64,000 bases of DNA, taken from Macrostomum lignano. Its lineage: Eukaryota. The DNA is taken from the NCBI GenBank assembly GCA_002269645.1, contig NIVC01002608.1, forward strand, positions 1 through 64,000. Direction: 5' to 3'. How positions within the stretch are numbered: position 1 is the first letter of the stretch; each line of letters begins with the position of its first letter. Both the position numbers and the translations under genes were made by a program. The notes under the pieces were generated by a model. The model ran no database searches. It saw only the letters and a list, made by a program, of their open reading frames with translations, and was not told where the DNA came from. Positions 41,681 through 53,600 of the stretch are shown here, in pieces.

Positions 41681-41742
41681 GGGTAAACGACAGGAGTAAC
41701 TATGACTGTCTTTTAGGGAAAAATGCCTCGTCATCTACTTAG
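41681..41742 (+). pseudogene. Degenerate 28S rRNA fragment covering the R2 / I-PpoI target region
   Basis: GGGTAAACGACAGGAGTAACTATGACTGTCTTTTAGGGAAAAATGCCTCGTCATCTACTTAG vs conserved 28S GGGTAAACGGCGGGAGTAACTATGACTCTCTTAAGGTAGCCAAATGCCTCGTCATCTAATTAG (recalled consensus). Confidence 0.75.
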
Positions 41743-41848
41743 AACTACTTGGTATTTTTTTGGGTGGGCATTTTTGCGACTTACCTTGCTTGGCCACCAA
41801 ATCAGTCAGCCAGATTGGTATGTATGTCGGCATGTATGTCACTCGGCC

Positions 41849-41956
41849 ATTTCTATTGGCAACACACACATGTAAGTCGCTATTGGATGGAATAGTAGTC
41901 ACATGACTGCTCTCAGCCAATAGCAACTTACATGCGTGTGTTGCCAATAGAAATGG
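41849..41956. repeat. Near-perfect inverted repeat, 40-bp arms and ~27-bp loop
   Basis: CCATTTCTATTGGCAACACACACATGTAAGTCGCTATTGG and its reverse complement, 2 mismatches. Confidence 0.9.
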
Positions 41957-44202
41957 TGGAGTGAATCCCAAGGTGGCAAGGATCATAGAGTGAGATTATT
42001 GAAATGACAAATGTGGGATGGGGAAGGGTTATTAAGATACCTAGGGTTATGGATGGTTGGTTGTTAAAACATCAAGGCTCCATTGAAGTTTTTGTATACT
42101 AAACATATTTAAAGTGAGTTATTGTAGAGCCATGGCTTAAAATAAAGTTTTAATGTCAAAGCTCAAATGGGATGCTAATATTTAAGGCTAGATTTTCCTT
42201 AAGAAATTAACATTTGTAATTAAATGAGGCAAAAGCCTAAAAGTTTATTCAATTTTGTTTTTTTCTTTGCCTTTTCACCCTATGAAAAATTGGCCCGAAT
42301 TTTCGCCCGGAAACATATGCAATTGGGCCCGGAACTTTAAATTTTTCGGGTGAAAACTAAAAAACGGTCGATTCACCCGGAAAGCACGCCGACAAAACGG
42401 TTGAAACTAAATCGGGTGAAAAAGCAGGACTTTCGCCCGGAAAGCGGGGAAAGCAGAAACCCAGACGTTCGGGTCTATAGCCCGTTTTTTCTAAAAGCGT
42501 GTCCTGAGGGACTTTGACGTGACGATGCTGATTAAAAAGGAGTAGGAAAGCTAGGTGCGAAAATGGAGATTAAAGCCTACACATGAAGCCCATACGTACA
42601 ATTTATGAGTTTTTGGGACCTCAATTTTTATACACTTTAAATAAACTTGTAACGTACCAAATCAACTAGAAACAATTAAAGTGGTACATGTATATATATT
42701 ATTTTCAGTAAAATTATCGCTGTCAACTAACTGAGTTCCCACTTCCCGGCAGGTCTTTTGTGCTAGTAGGGATGAAAATCCCAGGCTTCAGGATTCAACA
42801 ATACATTGTTTATTATTTTAAAAAGTACGGTTATACAATCAGTTGCTTGATCACAATGATGGGAAATTAATTATCTGAATCTCTGAATCGTCTGATGGGA
42901 AAATAAAATTAATCTTTTAAAAAAATTGTCGAAATCACTTATTCGCTTACTCTAAATACCTTTTTCTGAATTTGCTATTCACAAGCTAAAAGCTTTTTTA
43001 TTAAGTATTTGCTGTGCTTTTTACTCTTTCATCGTGCTGACTAATGAAAAAAAGGAAACTATTTTGTTTGTTTTTTTGTTACTCGAAAATATTTAAATTT
43101 CAGACGCCACGTTTCAACAGACTTCTGAGTTTTATCGTGCACATGAAGCATGTTTTGTATAATTTATCATAATCTAATGGACAAAGTTTATTTAACCTCA
43201 GAAATAGTCAATGCGAGTTATTTCACTAAATGAGTCAATAACAAGGCCTGACCCCCTGCCCCTGCCCTGGTTCGGGAATTGGCAGTCACTATAGTAAATT
43301 ATAGTTAAATATTAAAGTAGTCCAGTCTCAACAGGCTGAATAATAATTTTGGATGAGAAAAATGTCATTTGTTTTTTATAATGAAATCAATCAGTCTGCA
43401 TTATGCATAAACTGAAAAATAACTAAATAAATTTGTGTTGTCGATTGCTAGCAATTAGCCTATTTTATTACTTAAACTTAAAGAGTAAGAAAAAATAGAA
43501 AAATAATTTAGAAAACTCATCCTAATAAAATATTTCATCTATCGTAGAGATATATTGTGATTGTATATGAGCACAGAGAGAGCTTGCTGTATGGTAAGAA
43601 ATTTTAGAGTGTAAGTAAGAAATCAATTTAAAAATATGTTGAAGTCCAAATATAAAATTGCAACAATTATTAATATGATATTCATTTACTTAGGTTTGTA
43701 TAGTCTATATAGTACTTTTTAGAAAGCTGTGTATTCAAATATTACATATTTGTACAATGCATGCTTTATTTTATATTTTAATAGATATAAATTTTATTAA
43801 CATATTATATTCTAAAGGAACTTAACGCCTAGAACTTAACATTTTACAAAGAAATTAATAACCTAAAAAGTTTTGCAACTCAACATATTCCCAGAGATAG
43901 AGGCCCTTTATATCTTATATAGAAAAAATTATTTTAGCTCTTATGTGAATTTTTTAGATCCAATAGTCTGAACATGTTTTGTAGAATAAACATTCATCAT
44001 CAGATTTACATTCTAAAGCACTGTACTTATACAGTTATACTTGTAATTAAGGAAGATTATTGATGATAAATTTAGTGGCCTTTTAATTTAGGTTTATTAG
44101 ATTTTATTGCTCAATAACCAGACTTTCAGCATCATCATACCATGCTCCTAAGCCATTTATGCTATATAAATACCCCTCAGCCAAATTTTCCTCTGGCCAT
44201 TA

Positions 44203-46806
44203 ATGTCTGATGACCTTGGGACTGCTAAGCGTCGTCGCCGGGACTATGCCGTGCGCTACAGGACTGGTGTTAGGCGACGTACTCCAGCTCAAACAGCCAG
44301 CGAGCGAATGATGCGACACCGTGCATCAAAGAATGTACTAGATCATCATTGTACAGATGTAACAACTGTTGAAGAAAACTCAGCCAACTCTGGTACTGAA
44401 GACAAGTATGACGAAAACAATTGTTTTATTGAAGTCGAGGAAAATGATGTCAGTCTATTGGAGTCGGACATTAGAACTCAATTAGATGTTCCCGATTGTG
44501 CCAGCGAAAATGATCAACCCAATCAGAACAGCTACCTGCTTGATCTGAATGAGATGCCACTTGTTGAAGGGCATTGTCTTACCGTTGGTCAAGCTGTAGT
44601 CATGCTACAAAAATTCGCAACAGATGCTGGGCTCACAAAAATTCATAAGCAGGATCTACTCACACTAATCAACAAAATTTTGCCGAATTCACGACTGCCA
44701 ACGACAACACACAGACTGGATGTTGCATTCGGAGTCCTTCAAACTGCCAAAGGCACATCCATATCATATATAGTTTGCAAATCTTGTCTGAGTGCAGTTG
44801 AGGGCAGGCTTAAAGCGAAGCAAATGTGTCCGAACTGCGGTGCCAGCTCTCTAGGACAATTCTGGTGCCTAGATATCGAAACTAAAGTGCGTACTATGAT
44901 TGAGGCTGGTGGAATGCTGAAACATGTCGAATTTCCTGCTGATCTTTGCCGTCGCTTGGAACCTGGCATCCTTCATTATGCAAATAGTAACCTGTACAGA
45001 CACTTCTTGCAGACAATCGACATTGACTCGCGTTCCGATCTGTCATACAGCATATGCTGTGATGGATTTCCGATGCGAACGACGTCAACTGTCGAAGTGT
45101 GTCCAGTGTACCTGTCAATTATTGAAGTCAATCGATCTGTCCAGCATCGTTTCGTGGCGATCTGTGGTGTTTGGGCCGGGAAGGAAAAGCTTCACAGTGT
45201 CGCTTTTTTGCCTTTGGTAGTTGAACGGCTTAACCGCCTACTGCACCCAGGAGTTACGTATACCGACGAAACTGGAGAGAAACGAGTTCTGCGTCTGCAT
45301 CCATTTGTTGCAATATTTGATGCCCCTGCACGAGCAGATGCTCTAGGCTTTAAGAGGTATAATGCCCATTACGGTTGCGACAAGTGCTATATTCGCACAG
45401 AGAAGCAGCCTGGTGGTTATGGCCGCTTTTATCCTATGCAAATCAGCCAGGGTATGCTTCAAGATGCGCGCAATGAAGGCTGTGACCATCCGGAATTGCG
45501 TACAATGTTAGACACCATACATTTGGCGAAGCGGCAGGAGGACTGAGATGCAGGATTGCGAACAACGTCCGATATTCTTGGAGTAAAGGTTCTGTCACCT
45601 CTGGCTCAATTATCTGGCTTTGATTTTGTGAATGGCACGCCTGCATGCTATTTACATCAGCTGTGTTCAGGCTTATTTAGGTACCTTCTAAGGCAATTGC
45701 TGCTACCACCTGCTCAACGACCTGACCCAGCATGCAGAAGGACACCTGACACTTATCGACAAGTCGGTTCGATTTGTAATTTGCTGAACGAAATACGGGT
45801 GCCACAATGTGTCCAGCGTGGTAATCCACGTCATCTAAAAGAATTATCAAACTTCCGTGGCCATGAATTTGAAATGTGGCTCTTAGCATTCGGCCCAATG
45901 ACGCTACAGAACTTTCTTCCGACTGAGTACTACAGTCACCTGGTTCTCTTGTCGTCTGCTGTTTTTTGGATGTCATTCGTCGGTGCACCACTGAGTGAGA
46001 TGCGGCATGTAAGAATATCACTTAAGCAATTTCTCCATAGCATGGATACGTTATACTCAAAACGAGCGCTTTCTTATAATGCCCATCATGTATGTACGCA
46101 CATGATTTCGTCGGTGGAATCGGCTGGTCCAATACATTTACTATCGGCATCGTTATTCGAGACAATGCATGGACGACTGGCTGCCCGTATCAGAGGAAGG
46201 CGAAACATTGACGTTGAAATTGCTAACATCGTTGAAAATGAAATTGCCGTGGCACAGGCGCAGTCTATGATGATAGAGGCGAATTCCAAAGGTCTCGACC
46301 AAAAAAGGCGAATCGAACTATGCACCACAGACAACGTGATTCTCCGTAGATCGATGGCGACAGCAAACGCGTGCTCGGAAGAATGGGATGCAGCACATCT
46401 ATCTAGTGGATTCATTGTAGAATCGTTTGCGAACGCCATTCGTACGAATCGAAAGTCTGTTTCCTGTTTCGTTGCTGTGCGTGGTACCGATCCAAACAAT
46501 TTCCGATTTGCCAGGGTCCATTCGCTGAGGATGAACGCATCCAACGAGGACGTTCGAGTGATGCTGCAAAATCTCTGTGTGGAAGAACTAGAGATTGGTA
46601 CACCTTTCGAACAAGCAGGCGTATCGCAAGATTCTAATGTGCGCTGTTGCCGTCTGGCTCATGTTAGACGCCTAACATGTGATGCGTTTGCTAATAAACT
46701 TGACTCTCATGTCTACTCTGTGGCGTTACGTGACATTGACGGCAATTGTGTCATTAGCAACACTCATATTGCCCTGATGCCTCACGCACAACTATCGTTT
46801 TCATGA
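44203..46806 (+). pseudogene. EnSpm/CACTA transposase interrupted by one in-frame TGA (45544-45546)
   Basis: CDGFP...VCPVYL...GVWAGKEK...FLPLVVERL...DAPARA...YNAHYGCDKC; GVKVLSPL...FDFV; HEFEMWLL; NAHH...GPIH..SASLFE. ORFs 44203-45546 and 45556-46806 are in the same frame. Confidence 0.88.
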
Positions 46807-47367
46807 ACGATGTGCGATTTGTGAGAAAGATTGTTTGCTTCCGTGAGCACTTCTTGTTCTGCTAGAGTAATGTTTAGATTCCTGTTTTGTTATATAAGTT
46901 TATATATTTTTGTAATTACAAAATATTCACCTGCTTCTCATAGTGTCAGTCTATAACGAACTTAAGCCTTTATTCGTTATGAATACGCACATAACGAGTC
47001 AATTAGCAAACAACAAAATGGGAAATCCGCGTAAACAACAAAGCCCAACTGTGAGCTGCGGACAAAACCACCAGCAGCCAATAATTATGGAGGTCGAATA
47101 AACTGAAAAGGCGAAGAGATCAACCCAACGCTTACTTAACTGGGAGTCCTTTGTGATAAGTTACAATTAGTCGTCGGGTTCCATTCTTTTACCAAAAAGT
47201 ACAGTAAATCACACTTAAGGGACTGGTTTGATTTCTCATAGTGTTTGACTTAGCACTTAGACCCAACATGTTGTTATTTGTTGCTGGTGGTTAGATCCCC
47301 AACCCAACAGAGTGGATTTCATTCCATGTGCAAAGTGTTCAGTGTCATTTGTGTTTATTTTTTAGAA

Positions 47368-49291
47368 ATGGCTGGCTATGAAGCTATTGTAGCATATTTA
47401 CTCATACACGGATCACAAGGTTCGTACAGTAATATATGTCTTGCATAAGTTATATGTTTTACTTCTGTCTTCGGTGCGTTAATTCGTTTACTCATTAATC
47501 GTCGTACTGTTACATTTGATGTACAGTAAATTTCATAATGATGTCAACCTAAAGTGCTGCTGTAGAAATATACAGAAATACAAATGTAATCTGCGGTTCC
47601 GATTTAACATAACGTAATCTTTATATTTTAATCATTGAAAACCAAGTATTCTAGAATAAAATTATAATTTTGAACAGTGAGATAAAACGGATTTAGGATC
47701 AGTTTACCAGAAGCTGATAATGTAAGAGTTCGTCATTCTATAATTATAAGTACATTTATATTGATATGCTTAACAATTAATGCCCGACTTCCAGAGATAC
47801 AAGAGCTACGAGCTAAGTTAAGTATCATGACTCGCTCGAACAAAAAAAACTGCAACTCCACCACCAGACCAAAGAAGACGAAAGAATCTGAGCCCACATC
47901 AGCTACTAATTGTGACTTGGATGCGACTACGATTACCTGCACGTCTTGCATCAATTTAAAGCGCGAGCTGATAACTCAAGCTCAGGCCACCCATCAGCTT
48001 GGTATGTAAACAAATTGCAAAGTATTATTTATTCTATAAAGTAGTTTAATACCTTTTTGTAAAATACTTTTGGAAGTATTATACCTCGTATTTGCATATG
48101 AGGCATTACTGCCAAGCAGCCCGACAATAGAGTTTACCATGCGACGAAGAAATTTTACCACATATATTGTCTATACCTGCATTTTACAGAGAATTCTTTA
48201 GAGGCTGCACGTCAGCAAATAGGGCATCTGTCAATGACTGACACCTCATTGCGACAGCGTCTGGAGGAGTTAACCGAACAGCTCTCGGCAACTCGTGCTG
48301 AACTCGACCATCTCCGCTCCGAGTCTGCATCAGCCAGCTGTGAACCGGAACGCTACGCGAAGGCAAGGCGGCTGGTAGCTCGTGCTGTCGATCTACTGGC
48401 TCCTGAAGACGAAATAGAGGCAACGCAAGGTGCCTCTATTTGTCGCCAAATAACCGCTGCTGAATCAGCTCGACTGGAAGAGAATGCAGCTCAGGTCAGT
48501 AGTTCCGACTGTGGTTCTGAAGAATTGCACGTACTAATTTAAGATAATTTCTTCATATTCGAGCCCGATATCATATTCCAGAGCTTTGACTGATGAAGTT
48601 TTTTGTCGTTTTCCTTTCTTAGGTCGCTTTAGAGTTGGAGGATGAGACTAGCCATTGTGACACAGTGCCCCTGTCTAGCTCCCACATGGCTGCTAGAGTG
48701 TCTCGATCTGCGCACCATCTCGTCAACCTGCGCCTGGATCTGATGAGAAACTGTGCCCCAGCCCAGGCTGCAAAGCAGCGTGGTGCATTTCTTCGCTCTT
48801 TAGTTAGAGCCCTCTTCTCTAAGGATGAGCTGTTGAAATGCAACTTCTCAGGAAGAAAAGCATTGGCACCGGACGCCGGAAAAATGTCGATTTTAAAGTC
48901 ATTTTGCGCCCAGCAAAATGTAAAATTCACAAAATCCGAGCTGCAGCGTGCCTACTCCCGATGCCGAGAGGGCCTGCTACCGAAAAAGACCATCGTCGCA
49001 AGAAAGGCGACTAAGACCAAACCTGCAGGTAATGTTTTCATTTTTTGTATTGTAGTCTTGTTTAGAACGTAGTCTTGTAGTTTTTATTGACGCTTTTCTG
49101 CAACTGCGCCTCCTTCTACTCCAGATACTCCAGAGCTTCGAGTGGCTGGCCAGCAAGCTAGCCCTACTGGTGCTGCAGAATCTCAGCTGCCAGTTTCTGC
49201 TACTACGCCACCCAGCATCACGCTAACCAGTGACACCGCTGGCATGCTCAATCAAGCGCAATATCGCATCCTGTCGCTCAATGAGTTGTAA
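47368..49291 (+). CDS. CACTA accessory gene: coiled-coil plus BEN-like domain, 5 exons
   Basis: Exons 47368-47419, 47795-48001, 48190-48494, 48623-49028, 49125-49291 with compatible phases. Coiled coil LRQRLEELTEQLSATRAELDHL. FLRSLVRALFSKDELLKCNFSG...KMSILK...AYSRCRE fits the BEN pattern. Confidence 0.7.
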
Positions 49292-49367
49292 ATCTGTACT
49301 CTAACTTTGAACTTTCTATCGCATCTGTTTTTGTTCTACACTAGCTGTTTGTTCTTTTTCATTGCTT

Positions 49368-50891
49368 TGTAATGTGGCTGCGACTGGGAGGGAGGGATCT
49401 TAAGTCACCTTTGCACCCGAACCCATAACTGATCTCTGTTCTTCCTATCTTTCCCAATGTTGCTATTTCTCTTCATATCGTTTCTCTTCTTTCTACATGG
49501 TCGCGCTAATATTTTCCCTATCTTAGTTATTTCACAAGTGCATTCTGTGTGCACCCCCTCTCCTTGCACTCTCGTGCCTTAGATCTGCCTCTTTTCAGCC
49601 GCAAAGTGCATCGATGACCAGCTTGAGCTTCGGAGCAGCCCGCTGCGCCTGTCGCATCTCTCGGTTGGACACCTGCGGCTGCAGCTCTGCTGCCGACGCT
49701 CCAACAGCGTCTCGCAATCCTCGACAGCCCGTCCGCCTCCACGTTGTCAACACCGTTTATGTACTTGATGGTGAAGGTGAACTCCTGCAGCAGCAACCGA
49801 CAGCACCCGAGCCTCTCTTCGAGGTCCTCCAGCTGGCTGTCAGCGTCGAGGTAGCTCACGCCGTCCATCGCGCACGAGCTCCTTGGTGGCGCCTCTGCGC
49901 GGTCGCTGAAGTTCAGGCAAATGTTGCAGGACTTGATGAAGTCGAACCCGATGATGACAGCGGCTGCCAGGCCTTCCGACACGTAGAATGGATGCTGCCG
50001 CACGATGCCGCCGAGCGACACTGCCAGGCTGGCCACCTGCTGCACCAGCACTGCCTGCTGGTTGACTGCCCGCAGCTTCAGGTGCACGCTCTCCAGCTGA
50101 ACTGGCTGCATGCTCTGCAGGACCCGCTTGTCCACGATTGACACCTGGCTGCCAGAGTCGATCAGCGCCGTGACTTCCGCACCTCCGACCTTGCACTGTA
50201 GTTTTGATGTCGACGGGTTCGGCCTGATGACGACAGCAGCTGCGCTGGAGCTGGCTGCGCCTGCACCGCCCCCCTCTGCGCTCTGGAACAGTCCGCTCAC
50301 GCTGGGGCCCGCGCTCAGAACTGGCCAGGGGTGCGGGCTCCGCCCCGGGCTGTGCCGTTTTCCGACGGCTGCTTGCAGTTCCTGGCGATGTAGCCGCGAC
50401 GGTTGCAATTCCTGCAGGTCACCTCGCGCCGTCTCCTCGCACTGCGAAACGCGCAGGAGTCCAAAGCATCTGAACCCAGCTTCGCCGCCAGATCTTGAAC
50501 CGTCGCCTGCAGCGAGCTGACCGCAGCCCTCAGATCTTAATGCTTTGGTCACCTGACTGTAGTCGCTCTTGTCCTTGTCGCCGAGCTCAAGGAAGACGGC
50601 CAGAGCCTCGCCATCCAGAAACATTGACAGATGCAAGTGTTTGTCGTTTGTCCACTTGTTGGCTGTCGCACACAGCTCAAACCGCTGCAGCCACTCACTA
50701 AAGTTGCCAGAGCTAAAAGTTCTCGGAATTGCGCGGTGGCTGCCCTCTGCCATTCTGAGCTCTGCTACCACTTGTAACGCGCGGTATTTTTGGCAGTGTA
50801 GAAAAAAAAAGTGTAGAAGCCCCCATGGGGCAGTGATGGCTATATTTATGCAAGTCAACGATGTACATCGAGAGAGCGAACATACATTACA
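49368..50891 (-). mobile_element. Internally deleted Ty3/Gypsy relic nested in the CACTA element
   Basis: 119-bp LTR-like segment TGTAA...TTACA (50891-50773) followed by PBS TGGTAGCAGAG. Gag N-terminus (FSEWLQRFELCATANKW), knuckle VTCRNCNRRGYIARNC in another frame, protease ALIDSGSQVSIV, RNaseH end LQEFTFTIKYINGVDNVEADGLSR, PPT AAGGAGAGGGGG near 49560. Confidence 0.8.
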
Positions 50892-52189
50892 ATTATTCAG
50901 CCAAATATTTGTCGATACGATACCAGTTCAAGAACTGCCAATAGGGCGAGGAATAAAACCATTATACTAGTATATTTGGTTATCTCTGAGCTGCAAATCC
51001 CCTATAAATACAGTTAGTTATTTTTCTTTTTTACGGTTTCGTCAGCATTTCTCAACGTCAAGCCCTTCGTTTTATCTTCTTTACAACTTTGTTTGTTTCT
51101 GTTTCTATTGTTTTCTTAACCCTCCTTTGCTTTTATTACTTTTATGTTAATGCCTTTGCTTACTGAACGTATTGAATGCACTCATTAAATATTTAAATAA
51201 ACTATCGCGCACGCTTTTCTCTTATTATGTCGCCAAGTGTTTAAACATTTTTGTCCAAAAATTTCTTATTGAATCCCTCCAGAATTGCCTTATTTTTTTC
51301 TCGATATGTATCTCTTGATGGGGGGTCATTTACATGCATCTTTCTATTCAACTACATACAAGTTTTGCAGTATGAAAATTGGCAGTCACTGTAAAGTTTA
51401 TATTCCCTCAAAAAACGTACTATAATATCGTGCACTATCGCAAGATCAAAAGCAGGAAATATGACCAGTTCTTCGGGCCGGATTAAAAAGCAAAATATCG
51501 GTTAACTGGCCCGGATTTTTCGGCGCAGAATAATTCTGGGTGAATCGCCCGTAAATATTCGGGTATAAATGCGGGTGCATGCACGGGTGTTTCGCCCGAA
51601 AAGCGAACTTTTCGTAACGATTCCGGGCCAGTAGCCCGGCAATTTTTACACCCACAAAGTGCTGACGATTTCGGGTGAAGAGAAGGGTGAAAATTCGGGC
51701 CAATTTTTCATAGGGCAGTATAGGCAAAGATGGCTAGTTTTGCCTCTAAAATTAATAATACAATATTAGATAAAGCTTATGAAAGCAAGTTGAAAAACTA
51801 CTATAAGGAAATCCAAATTTGAATTCCAATATTCTGATAAAGAAAAAAAGAACAAAGTAATAAAGAACTATTATAGGCCTATTATACAGCTACAACTAGC
51901 CCTAACTTAGCCAATATGGCTAGGTGATAGGACAACCAGGATAGGTCTAACTATATTACAAAACCAATACTTTGTATTTTTATCTTTTCAAAATACAAAA
52001 ATTTAAAATTATTAAGTAAAAATCAGTCTAAATTTTATAGCTTAGACTTAAGTTAACTCAACCCAAGTAAAAAAACTAAATGTTTTATAAGCATACTAGG
52101 CCTAGTTAATTATATAGGTCAAGGATTAGCAAACTTTTTATCTCAAGGGCAGATAAAGAACATAGTTTAGTTACCTAGAGAATGATTAC

Positions 52190-52580
52190 AGGCCAGAAAA
52201 AAGGGAGAAAGGAGAGAGAACAAAGAAGAGAGAAGGGAGATAAGAGAAAATGGAGGCAAGAGAATAAAGGAAAAGAGCATGAAAAGAAAAAAGAATGAGG
52301 GGAAAAGGAGAAAAAAGAAAGAAAAAAGGAGATGAGAAGATAAGGAGATAAAATAAGGAGAGAAAAAAAGAGAAGACAGAAGAGAAAAGAAAGAAAATAA
52401 GATAAATAAGATGAGGAAAGAGAAGATAAGGAGAGGAGATAAGAAAAGTAAGAGAAGATGGGCCTAAGGAATCAGAAAAGAGACAAGAAAAGAGGAGAAA
52501 AGAGAGTGGATAATGTAATCAAGAGAAGTGTGAAAAGAAAAAGAAAAGAAAAAATGGAAAAGAAATATATATACTAAAAA
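52190..52580. repeat. Low-complexity purine (A/G) tract
   Basis: Directly visible. Confidence 0.85.
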
Positions 52581-52926
52581 TGAAAATTAGAGTAGCCTAC
52601 TAAAAAGAGATAGGCCTATAGCTTAAAAATATTAAGCAGGCCAAATTGCTGATCATAAACTTTCAAAAGATCTGAGGGCCAAATAGAGAAGAAAGGCTCT
52701 ATAGGCCACATGTAGCCTATAGGCTTAAGTTTGTAAACTTATGCCGTGACCATGATCTAGGCCTAGCCTAGACCTATATCTTTTTTTGCTAAAACTACTA
52801 GATTAGGACTTTTTGAACTTTAGGCTTAGCTTTGTAGGTAGGCTCTATATCAAATACTTCAGATTTCCCATTTTTTGAAACTTGCCAGATTCTTAGAGTC
52901 TTAGACTAGACTAGACTCTAAAGGAT

Positions 52927-53600
52927 AAATAGAAAGCTAAAAATCAACATGTGGTTTTTTCTACACATTTTGCATACCAAGGTGCATCATTAGATATATT
53001 GTTTGAAACAAAAGGTTTGAGTAAGCAAATTAATAAATTATTTGTCAATAAATGTATGTAGCTGGTGAGTAAGTATTTATTTTGTATATACAAAGTAGTT
53101 GGAGGTTGATAGTCCATAGGGTGGGGCGAAGACCAATAGGCAGAAAACAAATATAATTGAATGAGCACTGGTTACAACAAGGTCAGTGCTCTCTCACTCA
53201 GAATACATGGAAGACATGGCTTGCACCACTGTGTTGGAGTTGTGTATTAAGGGTGGGCAACTGGTTTTTTATGTACAAGGCTTCTAAGATCTTGAGCATG
53301 TGATCAGATAGGCATTGATCAATGATTGATTGATGACCTTGTTGTAACTAGTGCTCATTCAATTATATTTTGTTTTTTTTGCATATTGGTCTTTGCCTCA
53401 CCTTATGGACTATCAACCTCCAACTACTTTGTACATACAAAATACTTACTCACTAGCTATATACATTCATTGACAAATAGGCCTAATTTATAAATTTGCT
53501 TACTCAAACCTTTCATTTCAAACAATATACCTGACGATGCAGTGATGCACCTTGGTATGCAAAACGTGTCGAAAAAAATCACATTTTTGGCTTTCTATTT
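52927..53600. mobile_element. Foldback/MITE-like element with ~260-bp inverted arms
   Basis: 52927-53185 is the reverse complement of 53334-53600 (roughly 80-85% similar by eye), with a ~150-bp spacer. Confidence 0.8.

Larger units (their letters stand above)
42278..51715 (+). mobile_element. Full-length CACTA/EnSpm (CMC) DNA transposon, 9438 bp
   Basis: TIRs CCCTATGAAAAATTGGCCCGAATTTTC(G/A)CCC at both ends; 2-bp TSD CA; subterminal TTCGCCCGGAA/TTCACCCG repeats in both orientations; encodes an EnSpm-type transposase. Confidence 0.9.

Noticed and set aside
45544-45546. Selenocysteine or readthrough at the transposase TGA
   Set aside because: No SECIS-like evidence seen; nonsense decay of a transposon is the default explanation
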